NCBI GenBank assembly: GCA_030390025.1
Contig: CM059431.1
Coordinates: 104,410,001 to 104,474,000, forward strand
Direction of reading: 5' to 3'
DNA: 64,000 nucleotides
DNA from: Squalus acanthias
Taxonomy: Eukaryota
Part shown: in pieces, positions 24,986 to 38,564 of the stretch
How the letters are laid out: each line of letters opens with the position of its first letter
Position numbering within the stretch: the first letter of the stretch is position 1
Made by a program: the position numbers and the translations under genes
Notes under the pieces: generated by a model
What the model was told of the DNA's origin: nothing
The model's input: only the letters and a program-made list of their open reading frames with translations
Databases searched by the model: none

Positions 24986-25685
24986 GGGCTGGATTTTCAT
25001 TGACCCGTGGAGGTGGGTTTAGAGACGTGTGGGGGGTTAAAATTGCGAAAACTGGCAGGGCGGGCACAAGCCCGCCTCCATCCCGCCTCCACGCAATTTT
25101 CATTAAATCGTGTCTGCTGGTCCCGACTCCGTCCTGCCTCTAAGAGGCGGGATAGGCTGTTAAGGCCCTTAACAAGCACTAAATTGCCTCTATAATGCCA
25201 TTTTGAAAGGCCTTTGTGATTTTAACCCTTTTTCTACGTGAAGCACGCCTGTTCTGAACCACGAATGTGAAACCTGGCGGGAGCACATTTGGATAGCTGA
25301 CTATCACTTGCTGGCTGGCTGGCTGGCTGGCCATATCTGGATGGATGAGGAGGAGACATATCTGGATGGATGAGGAGGAGACATATCTGGGAGTGGTGGT
25401 GCAAAAATATCTGGGAGCAGACTTAGGGCTGCTGCTGCTCATTTTGCCTCCAGGTCCTCTCACAGCAAAGGCCAGGCAGTTTTTGCAGACCTTCAATGCA
25501 GCAGCAATGATGACATCATCAGAGGTGACTTTCAGACTGAAAACACTAATTGGGTCATGGGTTCCCACATGCTGGAACTCAATTGCCCAATTAGGTGAAA
25601 ATCGCATCAATCTCCCACATCCAATTGCAGTCGGGTGGATAACACAAAAAGTGGATGACACGACCCCAATATCAAAATCCAGCCC
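24986..25685. mobile_element. Harbinger MITE, TIR GGGCTGGATTTT, TSD AGA
   Basis: Perfect 12-bp TIR, 3-bp TSD; internal 25-bp tandem repeat at ~25333-25410. Confidence 0.88.
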
Positions 25686-25734
25686 AGAGACTTTGATTTT
25701 CCTCTGTTTCCATCCCAATTGTTCAGTTAAACTT

Positions 25735-26280
25735 GTACAGAACCTTGGTTAGACCACACTTTGAGTACTGTGAACATTTCTGTTCTCCATATTATGAAAA
25801 GGATGTACAGGCACCGGAGGTGGATTTACTAGAATGATACCAAAACTGAGAGGTTATGCCAACAGGAAAGATTGAACAGGTCGGGGCTCTTTTCCGTAAA
25901 AAAGAGAAGACTCTTTAAGATTATGAAAGGGTTTGATAGGGCAGACGTAGAGAAGATGCTTCCACTTGCAGGCGAGACCAGAACTAGGGGCCATATAGGA
26001 TAGTCACTAATAAATCCAATAGGGAATTCAGGAGAAACTTCTTTACCCAGAGAGTGGTGAGAATGTGGAACTCGCTCCCACAGGGAGTGGTTGAGGCGAA
26101 TAGCGTCGATGCATTCTAGGTGAAGCTAGATAAGCACATGAGGGAGAAAGGAATAGAAGGAGATGTTGACAGGGTGAGATGAAGAGGGGTGGGAGGAGGC
26201 TGGTGTGGAGCATAAACACCAGCACGGACCAGTTGGGCCGAATGGCCTGTCTCTGTGCTGTAAATACTTTATAATACTTT
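25735..26280 (+). mobile_element. CR1 3' fragment
   Basis: Degenerate RT C-terminus and tail. Confidence 0.85.
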
Positions 26281-27349
26281 GTATTACTAACGGGAACAGA
26301 TAGCCATCGAGTTACAATTGAAGTATGCAACAAAAACTGTGCCCACAGCATGTCCACTCCTACCTCTCTCGCTCCATCACTGTGGGCACTTCCTCTTGTC
26401 CTTGTTCTTGGTTTCTCTCCTCCACTCCCCTTCTGAAGGTACCTGTTGGGGTTTGGATCCACCAGTACGGGTCACCTCTTGTGCCTCACCCAAGTAACCA
26501 TTCTTTACCAGTTGGCTTTATGTGTCAGAGGCTATTCGCCTTTCTAGATCCTGCCCTCATCCAACATGCACACATGCACACATCGGTCCGGAACCATTGG
26601 GTAGCGATAAGGAACAGGAACCTAGGTTGATTTTTTTTCCAGGGAAACCCGGCCGACATGAGTTAAAAAATAGAAACCTTGTTAACATGGAGGCACGCAG
26701 CCTCCTCAAAAGATTTCAGCGACCGACCGGACTCCTGAGAATGGATTGGTCACCCTCTCCTCGTCCCACCTCCATTAAAATCGGAAGTGGGCGAGTTCGG
26801 GCGGATTGGGTTTGGGTTTGAAATTTAAAACATTTTAACTTCCCACCTGTTTTGGGGGTTAAAATGATTCGAAATGAGTGATGGAGGGAACATATTTTAC
26901 TTTCATAAAAAAATATTGTACAGCTCTTTCCCACCTAAACAGCTCCCGCCTGTTAAAAATTCACCGATAATTTTCTTTAAAAAATAAGCAAGGTGAAAAA
27001 ATTATTTATTACATTCAAAGCAACATCTGTTTATTATCAACGAACTGAAAAGTGTCTGAAACTTTTAAAACTGTGGCTAGCAAATATAAGACTGAAACTT
27101 TCTACATTTCCAATCCAGCAATATTTATAACTGAATAGCAATTTGCATAATAGGTGTATTAATATTTTGTGAAAAACGTTATTTTGTATTTAACTTCATT
27201 AATTTGTGGAGCCTCTGGGGCCTGATTTATTAATATCACAAACGGTGATAAATGTGGAACAGGTGCCGCCTCCCAAGACCGCCAAAAAAGATTTGCCAAA
27301 TTACTGTGAATATCCGTTAACGCGTAATTATCCTAAAGCGGTCTAGGGC

Positions 27350-28121
27350 TTTCAAAAAAATTAGGTCTGTCAGCATCTGAGATAACCATTCAGAGGAAAT
27401 CTACAGACTATCTACAGATCAACGAGGCGTCAGGGAAGAAAAGATGCTGCTAATGTTTAAAATGTGTGGCTCTACCCCTCCCCATCTTTCTTTAAGAGCC
27501 TCGTGGAAACAGAGGCAAATTTGACAGCTTCTTTGTCAAGGTTAGCCGCACTGTCAAGTCAGATCATTTGCGTGTTAATCTATTTCAAAGTTGTGCCCAA
27601 TAAAAATCTGAAAGTTAATGAACAAACAGATACACAGAGTCCATTGTGCTTGTCTGTGCGTCAGGGACTGTAAGGGCTGACCGTTCAGGAAAGGTATTAC
27701 TTTGTGTATTTATCTTCACTGATTCTGTAGCGGTACATTCTCTGGGGTTTGAGTTATTAATGGAGGAAGCTGATAGATGCTGAACAGATGCTGCTTCTCC
27801 AGATCTCCAAAGGATTTGCCAAGTTACAATGAGCATTTGTTGACACGCAGTTGTTCCGAAGTAGTCTAGGATTAATACATCGCAAAATAAAATGCCCCCA
27901 GATGCAGGCAGTTTATTGGAAATGAAATCTTTCTTCTGTTTTACATGCGTGCGGTTCAAATGATAACTTGTGCAAGATGGGGAGCAGGTGAGTGTTAAGG
28001 TACTCTGCTGCCGACCTTGATTAATGGTCCTCGATGACAGCTGCTCCTCGGGCAATGTGTCGATTTCACATTTGATTTTCAAGGGCTTCTTAAATCCGAG
28101 CCTGCTTGAAGTGGGAGACGG
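27350..28121 (-). pseudogene. Large exon remnant; first ~168 codons open (PSPTSSRLGFKKPLKIKCEID...GGILFCDVLILDYFGTTACQQMLIVTWQILW...)
   Basis: ctaactaacag acceptor at phase 0, in frame with ORF 27615-28082; protein-like text continues past the stop (LSDFYWAQL*NRLTRK*SDLTV); 3' end uncertain. Confidence 0.6.
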
Positions 28122-28549
28122 CTGTTAGTTAGTAACAAAATAGATAAAACTGCATCTGCATTGAATTAATTGTGAAGTGATATTCTTGCAGAACGCTGTA
28201 TTTTTGCATCAAGCAATATGATCGGAGGCTACTTGCCTTACGAGAGCCTGTCCTCACACCCAATGTGCACACATACACACATCCATCAGGGGTCACTGGA
28301 AAGCTACAAGGAACAGGAAACTATTCCTCTCTCTCTAATCCAGGGCATTGAGAATTTATAACATCCATATCACTTCACTAAGTGAAATCAACTAACTTCA
28401 CCTCGACCATGGATTGAACTTGTTCTACTGATTCCATTGTGGATTCGTTAATGCGCAACATTAAAAATGCTTTCTGATGAAAAATGCGTGTTCCCTTCTT
28501 CCACTTAGATAGTAAAAAAGGTCTAGTACAGCAGGATATGTTTCAGCAA

Positions 28550-28825
28550 TGCCTCAGTGGTAGAATGCTCTGGGTTTGAGCCCCACTCTGGCGGGACTGC
28601 AGCGCACGGTCTAAGTTGACACTCACAGTAATGAGGGAGTGCTGCACTGTTGAAGGTGCCACCTTTCAATGAGACCTTAAACCGAGGCCCTAGCTCCCTG
28701 CTCAGATGGCTGTGAAAGATCCCATTGCGCTATTCGAGAAAGAGTAGGAGAGTTCTCCCCGGTGTCCTGGCCAACATTTTATACCTCAATCAACCACTAA
28801 TGCAGATTATCTGGTCATTTATCTT
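28550..28825 (+). mobile_element. Degenerate DeuSINE
   Basis: Diverged head and core. Confidence 0.75.
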
Positions 28826-28947
28826 GTAAAGACATCCCTCTCTTTAATCTAGTTCACGATTTGGAAGGTTAAGGATCAAACGAAACTCTGTCATTATTTT
28901 CTACCTCTAAAGAATTTTATTTGCCATTCAGCTGTGACAGATTTTAC

Positions 28948-29634
28948 CAGAAAGAAGTAGTTTTTCATACAACTATTCCAGCGAGTGCAACTCAGGAACG
29001 AAGGGGTGATCAAGTCCCTTTTTCTTGGGAGATAAGAAAGTTCCTCTCCTCCACCATCTTGTACAAATGTCGCATGTAGTTCTCCTATTAAATCATTGTC
29101 AGCTGAGTGTTTTAAATATTTTTTCTCCTTCAGGCTTGCGAGTGCCACATCTGGACGTGTTTTCCATTCTCCAGGTTTGTGGCTGGGCAGAACAGGCTGG
29201 TGTTTACGACGGTCTCTCGCAGTCCAGCAAAGCAACAGCCCTTTGATATTCTCTGCTTATCTGTCCCTTGTCTTTGCCTACAGACTAAACAGACAGCCTT
29301 TCCCAAAGCAGTTTGAAGCACTAGCAAGCCCATGATACCGTTCAGATTTGGTCAGGTTGAACAATAGTCCAGCATGCCTTCTGATTTTGGTCAAATTCCC
29401 ATAGTACTTTGCTCCAATGGTGTTTCCAAACAAACGATCAGTTTCTCGGTAGGATTTCGAGCCCAGATTCCTCTACCTGTGATTTAGTCTCAATTGTATT
29501 GACTGATCAGGAGTCACCCTTCATTTGCTGTAGATATTTTTAAACCCATCATGGTCTTTCACCAGATATTCAACCTGCTAATCAAGAGTTTCAATTCCGT
29601 TCCTTTAGCCTTGCTTAAAAGCAATACTAAAAGT
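28948..29634 (-). pseudogene. Exon remnant, 687 nt, phase 0-0: TFSIAFKQG*...KHQPVLPSHKPGEWKTRPD...CMKNYFFL
   Basis: caatatag acceptor, gtaaaa donor, 229 codons with 6 stops, phase fits the 28121 exon. Confidence 0.55.
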
Positions 29635-29669
29635 CTATATTGAAAAGACCAAAATCCTTCAGTCTCATT

Positions 29670-30185
29670 GCTCTTTGTGGGATCTGGCTGTGTGGAAATT
29701 GGCTGCCGACATTTGCCTACATTATAACAGTGGTTACATTTCAAAAGACATTCATTGACTGTGAGGAAATTTAGGATATCAAGGGGATGTGAAAGGCGCT
29801 CTATAAATGCAAGTTCTTTTTTCCTTAGGATTCTTTTGTGAGCATCAGACATCAGTGAGCATCTTTCAGATTAAACACTAAACCGAGGCCTCCGTCTGAC
29901 CTCTCAGGTGGACATAAAAGATCCCACAGCACTATTCGAAGTAGAGCAAGGGAGTTATCCCAGTATCCTGGCCAATATTTATCCCTCAACCAACACCTCA
30001 AACAGTTGATCTGGTCATCATCACATTGCTGTTTGTGGGAGCTTGCTGTGCGTAAATTGGCTGCCGCGTTTCCTACATTACAACAGTGACTACACTTCAA
30101 AGCATACTGTAAAGTGCTTTGGGACGTCCTGAGGTCGTGAAAGGCGCTATATACATGCAAATCTTTCTTTCTTTGCTTTCTTTCA
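29670..30185 (+). mobile_element. Two DeuSINE 3' fragments in tandem
   Basis: Tails end at ~29825 and ~30185. Confidence 0.85.
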
Positions 30186-30193
30186 AAGACCCA

Positions 30194-31278
30194 GGGGGAA
30201 AAATTGGCGATCGCCAGCAAAGTAGTTGGTGTCACCGCCAAGTGCCGTTAACGGCCGCCCGGCTAACCGACCTAAATTGGTGTGGGGGGCGTGGAGGTAG
30301 GCAGCGCTAACCTTAGGCGCAATGCTGTCCTGGAGGAATTGCACGAGGGATCCGGGACCAATTTGTAGTCCTGGTGCGGCGTTGCTGCTTCCCCGAGCGT
30401 CTGTGTGAGAGGCTGTGAAGCCAGCAATGCATCGTGGGCAGTGAGGAGCTCGGAAATTTAAAAGGGCCATGCACATTGAAGTAAGACAAAATAACATGCA
30501 CTGATTCAATGCATTTTTCAGCCCTTTCTGTCTTTTTACAAATATTCAATATTTAAAAGAAGTTTCAAATGTGGTTATTCAGCTCTTAAAGCTGAATTAC
30601 CTTCCTAAACTGAACAAATGGGAAAACTGCCTCAGCACTAACACAAATGGCTCAGCAAGCCAGGGAAGGGGCACCCAGGGTCTCGCACACAGCACTCCAG
30701 CTTTGTGCAGGGGGTCAACACTGCAAGAGCGGCCCTCTACCCACAGGGGCCAGGAGGCCCTCCAGAAAGAACGATGTGGGAGTACATCACTGAGGCCGTC
30801 ACTGCCAGCAGTGTCGCCCCCACCACCTGGCTCCAGTGCCCGAAGAAGCTTCATATGACCTCAAACCACTGGTCAAGGTCAGTGAATGCATCTTCAAAAG
30901 CTGTCACCTACCAACTGCACCACTAGCCTCACTCACTGCTCAATGCACAACCCCCAATCACTCACCTATCAACAATCTGCACCAATGACGAAGCACATCT
31001 ACCATTCCTAGCATCACCTCACCCCCTTGGAGGCGATGGTGCAGGCCATTCTTGGCAGGGGCATGGCTGAGCCCTTGAATGGTCTCCCGGCAATTATTTT
31101 ATCGCCTTTGTCGAGGCAAACGGCGGAGAGCCGCAAATTGTCCAGGGATTCGCGGAGGATCGGAACTCACGGCGCATCTCTTTTACCCCGCTAATTGCTG
31201 GATTTTTAACACATTAATAATGGCGTGCAACGTTAATGTGCCATTCTAACTGCTCGACTTCCCAGCAATTTCTGGCCC
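30194..31278 (+). mobile_element. Harbinger derivative with Myb/SANT-like gene remnant
   Basis: WEYITEAVTASSVAPTTWLQC.KK at ~30770-30860; degenerate TIRs. Confidence 0.75.
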
Positions 31279-31821
31279 TAAGGTCTTGGACTTTCCAAAG
31301 CATAATCCAAACTCTAAACTCTCTAAAATTGCTGACAATTTTTGAACCGTTGCCTCCAACTTTAAAAAAACATGCCTGTAGTTTGCATTCAGCTTGATTA
31401 TAATGACATCTTTATCAACACTGTCAATTGATATTGTGTGGAGATTTTTTTGTTCTAATACCTTGTTCTTGCCAGAAGCTCCTCTAAGACAATATCCAAA
31501 TTGACCAAAAACTGCCTCTTGACCTCATCACACATATCTCTGTTTGGTGTCAAGCTCCCTAAAATTAGTGAGCTGACATAAATGCCATTGTGGATTCACG
31601 GCCCGTTTGCATGGTACCTGTGTGAGATGTTGTCACTCCTCAGGGAAATTAGTTTACCTGTTGAAACAAGTGCCAATTTCCTAGAATCCTAAGGGATTGG
31701 CTCAGAGCAAAGACACAAAATGAAGTATTCTCTACAAGAGTTCTACTATAGCCAGAGGGACAAGAGAAACCCAGTCAGATTGCTTTTCAGGGATGGCACA
31801 AAGGACTAAAAAGAAAAAAAT

Positions 31822-32272
31822 GCAAGAAAGACTTGCATTTCTACAGCGCCTTTCACAACATCTCAAAGCACTTTACAGCCAATGTTGTACTTTTTAAGTG
31901 GAGTCACTGTTATAATGTACGAAATGCGGTCACCAATTTGTGCTCAGCAAGGTCCCACACACAGCAATGTGATAATGGCCAGATAATCTGTTTTTGTGAT
32001 GTTGATTGAGGGATAAATATTGACCAGGACACCAGGAATAACTCCCCTGCTCTTCTCAGTACGGTTGAATCTTTTACGTCCACCTGAGAGAGCAGACAGG
32101 GCCTCGGTTTAACGTCTCATCAGAAAGACGGCACCTCCGACAGTGCAGCACTCCCTCAGCACTGCACTGGAGCGTCAGCCTAGATTTTTAAGCTCAAGTC
32201 TCTGGGGTGGGACTTGAACCCACAACCTTCTGACTCAGAGTGCGAGAGCGCTACCCACTGAGCCACAGCTGA
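31822..32272 (-). mobile_element. DeuSINE, full length
   Basis: A/B boxes, Deu core and tail on the minus strand; lies just inside a candidate pseudo-exon (acceptor ~32290). Confidence 0.9.
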
Positions 32273-32395
32273 TAGCCAACGTGATCGCTCTGAAAAAGGA
32301 CAGAGACATTAAACGTAAGAGATATAAGGGTTGGATAGGTTAATTTCAACAGCAACCAGATGAGTGGAAGCATTTTTATGTTATATTTTTCTTAC

Positions 32396-32800
32396 ACTGG
32401 GGTAAATGGATGATAGTGGATCGGCAGCCAGTTATACATATTGCCCAATTTTCTTTTCCAATGGTGGTGCAAAGTTGGGCCTCACGTTTGTACCATTCTA
32501 TAGAAGATCTCTCTGTGCCAGGTCTTCCCAAAGCTCAGCTCAGCAGCCCAGTTCTTCAGTCATTCAGAAGGAAATACATGGGTGGAACTTGTGCAATTCA
32601 GTATTAATAACAAACTTGGTGATGCGTTTATATGATATTGCTTTGCCTAATATGTTAACAAATGTATTGACGCTATTTATTTTAATATTGCGCAGCTTGA
32701 TAGCTTCCCAAGAGTGGCATCATTTTGGTACACAGCACAAGCAATGGGTGAGTTGTCTGATTAAAGTCTCATTGAAGAATGAGTAAGTGAAGATATTAGC
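32396..32800 (-). pseudogene. Exon remnant, 405 nt, phase 0-0: ANIFTYSFFNETLIRQLTHCLCCVPK*CHSWEAIKLRNIK...LAADPLSSIYPS
   Basis: tttttag acceptor, gtaaga donor, 135 codons, several stops. Confidence 0.6.
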
Positions 32801-33069
32801 CTAAAAATTACACCGTACAAGATTAGATATTAGCATAAGAATGTTTAATACAATTCGATGAAAGTTCTTTTTACACTATTGTCACAGAGGAGTTAAATTA
32901 TTTAGTTTCAATGCCTCCACTCAAATGGCAGACAAAGTAATTGCATACAAACATGGTAGGGTGTTGTATGTCATTGTCACAGGTCTTCATTTCTGTGCTG
33001 CCAGTCCCGCTGTCGGATAAATCGGCAAAATGCAGGAAAACTGAAGTTTATGTAAAATACAGATATTCA

Positions 33070-33212
33070 ATAGAATTTACAGCATGGAAACAGGCCATTC
33101 GGCCCAACTGGTCCGTGCCGGCGTTTATGCTCCACTCGAACCTCCTCCTACCCCATTTCACCTCACCCTACCAGCATATCCTTCTATTCCTTTCTCCCTC
33201 ATGTACTTATCT
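33070..33212 (-). mobile_element. CR1 tail fragment
   Basis: Matches the tail at 23460. Confidence 0.8.
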
Positions 33213-33891
33213 GGCTGCCAAACCGAGCTGGCTAGTTGCAACTGATGAGACAAGACTTGATTGATAAAAAAAAATTCCGGCTGACTGGTTGTTTCCTGCA
33301 TCTTAAAGAACTTTGGTGAATCCTCATGAAGTTACATTCAGTTGCTTTAAGATAGCACCAGGGTAAAAAGCACTGTGTCACAGTCCATCAGTAATGAATA
33401 TGGAAAAGGCTTATTGCTCTTCCAAGTGAAAATATAGAATGGACCTGTGCTCTTGCGGAGTATTAGTTTGGGAAAGATGCTTAAAGATTTGAAAGCATCC
33501 TGACAGCTGTGACCTGTGTCGGAAGCCAGCCAGGCTGAGGGGATGGAAGACGTAATTTAATAAGTATGAGCAGCTTCGATTTAATTCGTCGTGACTGAAG
33601 CCATCATTTTCAGTCCCCCCCACCACAAACTTCCTTCGCTGGCCACTCGATTAGACTGTGAGCAATCTTGTTTAAAAATGAGCTGGACTTTAAGTCCCTA
33701 TTTATTTCCCAGCCCGCTTTGCAACATTGCCTGTTTCTGCCCTACCTCAGCTCAATTGCTGCTAAAACCCTTAATCGACATCTCTGTCACCTCCAGACTT
33801 TGACAACTTTAACGTTAAACAACAAAACTCTGGTGCCCCCCCCCCCCCTTCACTACCATTTACATTTTAATGATTGAAAGCAGCTGACTAC

Positions 33892-36800
33892 CTTGTCAAC
33901 TCTGTTCAATCAGAAGCGGCAGTGGGAGACAAATGGCTAATGCTCCAATCCATGCAGTTAAGTATGCATGAGTAGCATCTCCAACATCGCAGGCAGTGAA
34001 AATGGAGCCAAACTCATTTCAGTACGCAAGGTGAACCTTTTTTGATGTCCCAAGGTGAGGACTCAGTGTCCTCGTTGACTGAGTTGTCAAGTCAAAAAGA
34101 AAACAAGGAAGAAATCTGAGGGTGGGAAGATTTGTTGGGGGTTGTAAGTCAGAGTTGTTAGATAGCAAAATACAATGGCCAACAAATTTGCCACAGACAA
34201 ACTGACCTTAACTCGGCTGCATTCTAGATAAGATATCCGGGATCTCTGCGCTCCTCCAATTCTGGACTCTTGCACATGGCTAGAGTGCAGTTTGTCACCG
34301 AGTGCAGATCAGAACAGAGTGTTAAGCTGCGAGTTTGGTGAGTGAGGGAGTGAATCTTAAAGGTTAATCTCTTATTTTTTATAAATTCTAGTCTTGTGTG
34401 CTTGCAATTAGCATTTAAATTTACTGTTTAAAGTTTTAAGTTTCTTCCAGGCTTGGGCAGGGCTAAGCAAGCTCTGTGCTGGAGAGCAGGTGAGAGTAAT
34501 TAATTAATTAAGTGGTCTAATCTGGTTCTGTAACTGCCAGAGAGCTCACTTATTTAAATCTCAGCTGTATAAATAAGGGAGGCTAGAGTGCAGTTTGTCA
34601 TGGAGTGCAGATTGGAACAGAGTGTTAAGCTGCTAGTTTGGTGAGGGAGTGAGGTGTTCCTTTCTTTTTCCATCTTTGTCAGCTTCCAGGAGAGCAGGAG
34701 CTTAAAAGCTGCACAAGAGGGGACAGAGAACCAGTGGTGAGTATTTCTACAGTATTTCTACATTCCAGTCATTAAAGTAAAAGTAAGGTCTCTAGTTTAG
34801 AGTAAGTAGTGTTTAAAGGGAAGTAAGGTCCCTAGTGTATTTAATATTCTTTAATTTAAAGGGAGTAAATTAAGGGTAGGACATGGCAGGGCAGCTCGGC
34901 AGCGTGGAGTGCTCCTTCTGTGCTATGTTGGAAGTCAGGGACACTTTAGATGTCCAGGGTGAACACGTGCAGGAAGTGTCTCCAGCTGCAGCTACTCGAA
35001 ATCTGCATTCTGGAGCTACGGCTGGAGTCATTGTGGAGCATCCGCAAAGCTGAGATCTTCGTGGATAGCACGTTTAACAAGGTGGTCACACCGCAGGTAA
35101 AGAGTGCACAGGCAGACAGGGAATGGGTGACTGCAAGACAGAGTAAAAGAACTAGGAAGGTAGTGCAGGAGTCCCCTGGGTCCATCTCCCTCTCCGACAG
35201 ATTTTCCGTTTTGGATACTGATGGGGGAGATGGTTTCTCGGGAATGCAGCAAGAGCCAAGTCCGTGGCACTATGAGTGGCTCAGCTGCACAGGAGGGGAG
35301 GAAAAAGAGTGGGAGAGCAATAGTGATAGGGGATTCTATCGTAAGGGGAACAGATAGACGTTTCTGTGGCCGCAGACGTGACTCCAGGATGGTATGTTGC
35401 CTCCCTGGTGCCAGGGTCAAGGATGTCATTGAACGGCTGTAGGGCATTCTGAAGGGGGAGTGTGAACAGTCAGAGGTCGTGGTTCACATTGGCACCAACA
35501 ACATGGGTAGAAAGAGGGATGAGGTCCTGCAACAAGAATTTAGGGAGCTAGGTAGCAGATTAAAAAGCAGGACCTCAAATGTTGTAATCTCTGGATTACT
35601 CCTGGTGCCACGTGCTAGTGAGTATAGGAATAGGAGGATAGAGCAGATGAATGCGTGGCTAAAGAGTTGGTGCAGGAGGGAGGGCTTTAGTTTCCTGGAT
35701 CACTGGGTCTGCTTCTGGGGAAGGTGGGACCTGTACAAGTTGGACAGATTGCACCTGAACCAGAATGGGACCAACATCCTTGCTGGGAGGTTTGCTAGTA
35801 CTGTTGTGGGGGGCGGGGGGGGGGGGTTTAAACTAACTTGGCAGGGGGATGGGATACGGAGTGGAGCTATAGTAGGGGGTGATGCACAGCCAAATATAGA
35901 GGAAAAAAGAAGTCAGCCTGGAAGGCAGAGCAAATATGTAATGGCACAAGGGAGTATATCCAACACCGGCATCTCCGCATCATGACAAGGGAGTATAGCA
36001 AGGCTGGATGGCATTTATTTTAATGCAAGGAGTCTTGCGAGTAAGGCAGATGAATTGAAGGTGTTGATGAACACATGGGAGTATGATATTGTTGCTATCC
36101 CAGAGACATGGTTGAGGGAGGGGCAGGACTGGCAGCTCAATATTCCGGGGTATAGAATCTTCAGGCGAGACAGAGGGGGGTGTAAAAGAGGAGGGGATGT
36201 CGCAATATTAATCAAGGAGTCAATTACTGTTGTAAGGAGGAATGATATCTTAGCAGGTTCCTCTAATGAGGCCATATGGGTAGAACTTAAAAACAAAAAG
36301 GGGGCAAGCACTTTGCTGGGAGTGTACTATAGGCCCCCAAACAGTCAGGGGGAGATAGAGGAACAGATATGTAGGCAAATCTCAGAGAAGTGTAGAAATA
36401 ATAGGGTAATAATAGTAGGGGATTTCAACTTCCCCAATATTAACTGGGATAGGCAGAGTGTGAAAGGCTTAGAGGGAGCGGAATTCTTAAAGTGCATCCA
36501 GGAGAGCTTTTTGAGCCAGCATGTAGAAAGTCCTACAAGACAGGGGGTGGTACTGGACCTAATTCTAGGGAATGTAGTCGGGCAAGTGGTAGAAGTGTTA
36601 GTAGGAGAGCATTTTGGTGACCGTGACCATAATTTGGTGAGATTTAAGGTAGTCATGGAAAAGGACAAAGATGGACCGGAAATAAAGGTTCTAAATTGGG
36701 GGAAGGCCGATTTTAATATGATAAGGCAAGATCTGGCCAAAGTGGACTGGGATCAGCTACTTGTAGGAAAATCCACATCAGAGCAGTGGGAGTCTTTCAG

Positions 36801-38564
36801 AAAGGAAATAGAGAGAGAGTACAATGGCAACATGTTCCCATAATGTTCAAGGGTGGGACCAACAAGCCCAGGGAACCCTGGATGTCAAGGGATATACGAG
36901 AATGGATTAGGAAAAAAAGGGAGGCTTTTAGCAGATACAAAGGACTAAAAACAGTGGAAGCCCTAGAGGAGTATAGAAAGTGCAGGGGGTTACTTAAAAA
37001 AGAAATTAGGAGAGCGAAGAGGGGGCATGAAAAAACACTGGTGGGCAAAATAAAGGAAAATCCCAAGGTGTTTTATAAGTATATTAAGGGCAAGAGGATA
37101 ACCAGGGAAAGAGTAGGACCCATTAGGGATCAAAGTGGCAATCTGTGTGTAGAGCCAGAAGATGTTTGTAAGGTTTTAAATGAATATTTTGCATCTGTGT
37201 TCACTATGGAGAAGGACGATGTAGGCATAGAAATCAGGCAGGGGGATTGTGATATACTTGAAAAAATTAGTATTGAGAGGGAGGAGGTACTAGCAGTTTT
37301 AACGGGCTTAAAAGTGGATAAATCCCCAGGCCCAGACAAGATGTATCCCAGGCTGCTGTGTGAGGCAAGGGAGGAGATTGCAGGGGCTCTGACACAAATT
37401 TTCAGAACCTCTCTGGCCACAGGGGAGGTGCCAGAGGACTGGAGAACAGCTAATGTAGTACCATTATTCAAGAAGGGTAGTAGGGATAAACCAGGGAATT
37501 ACAGGCCAGTGAGCCTAACATCAGTGGTAGGGAAATTATTGGAAAAAATTCTGAGGGACAGAATTAGTCTCCACTTGGAGAGGCAAGGATTAATCAAGGA
37601 TAGTCAGCATGGCTTTGTCAGGGGGAGATCATGTCTGACCAATTTGATTGAATTTTTCGAGGGGGTGACTAGGTGTGTGGATGAGGGTAGTGCAGTTGAT
37701 GTGGTCTACATGGACTTCAGTAAGGCTTTTGACAAAGTCCCGCATGGGAGACTGGTCAAGAAGGTAAGAGCCCATGGGATCCAGGGCAACTTGGCACATT
37801 GGATCCAAAATTGGCTTAGTGGCAGGAAGCAGAGGGTGATGGTTGAAGGTTGTTTTTGTGACTGGAAGCCTGTGTCCAGTGGTGTACCGCAGGGATCGTT
37901 GCTGGGTCCCTTGCTGTTTGTAGTGTACATTAATGATTTAGATATGAATGTAGGAGGTATGATCAGTAAGTTCGCAGATGACACAAAAATTGGAGGGGTG
38001 GTAAATAGCGAGGAGGGAAGCCTCAGGCTACAGGATGATATAGACGGGTTGGTCAGATGGGCAGAACAGTGGCAAATGGAATTTAACCCTGAAAAGTGTG
38101 AGGTGATGCATTTTGGGAGGACTAACCAGGCAAGGGAATACACAATGAATGGTAGGACCCTAGAAAGGACAGAGGATCAGAGAGACCTTGGTGTGCATGT
38201 ACATAGATCCCTGAAGGCAGCAGGACATTTTGTGATAGTAATGGGGGGTGGGAAGCAAAGTTTTGCTTCCAATGTTCTGTTGTGGTGATAAAGTGTTCGG
38301 TTCCGGCACAAAGTCAAGCCACATTTCCCCTTCTGGTAATTCTGATTTCCAAATTTGGCAGGGGCTGCTTTTGGTCTACACGTTGAATCTTCTGGGAAGC
38401 GAAAAGAGTGAGCTAAATTTATAACAACCTCTCCCGTCTCATCCTCGTGACTGTGTTCCATGGAGCCATTCAGCTCTCGGGGTGGGGGCGAGGGGGCGGC
38501 TACGAGAATGTGGCCAAAGGCCATAGTCTTGGACTTTGTGCCTCAGGCCTGACCGTATGTAGGG
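33892..38564 (-). pseudogene. Exon remnant(s) at 38229-38564 and 33892-34232 flanking a 4-kb CR1
   Basis: atatttcag acceptor at 38564 then PTYGQA*GTKSKTMAFGHILVAAPSPPPRE...; left part ends phase 0 at a gtagtc donor matching the 32800 exon. Confidence 0.45.
34276..38228 (+). mobile_element. CR1 LINE with 5' UTR, disrupted ORF1 (zinc finger/leucine zipper + esterase, ATG 34883) and frameshifted, 3'-truncated ORF2
   Basis: CxxC...CRKC, GDSIVRG and HIGTN motifs; endonuclease ORF 36055-36843 and RT ORF 36786-38288; no 3' tail. Confidence 0.95.

Noticed and set aside
27615..28082. 155-aa ORF as terminal exon of a separate functional gene
   Set aside because: The upstream phase-matched exon has multiple stops, and protein-like sequence continues past the stop
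32406..32786. 126-aa + strand ORF and small + strand exon-like sites
   Set aside because: Antisense shadow of the minus-strand pseudo-exon 32396-32800
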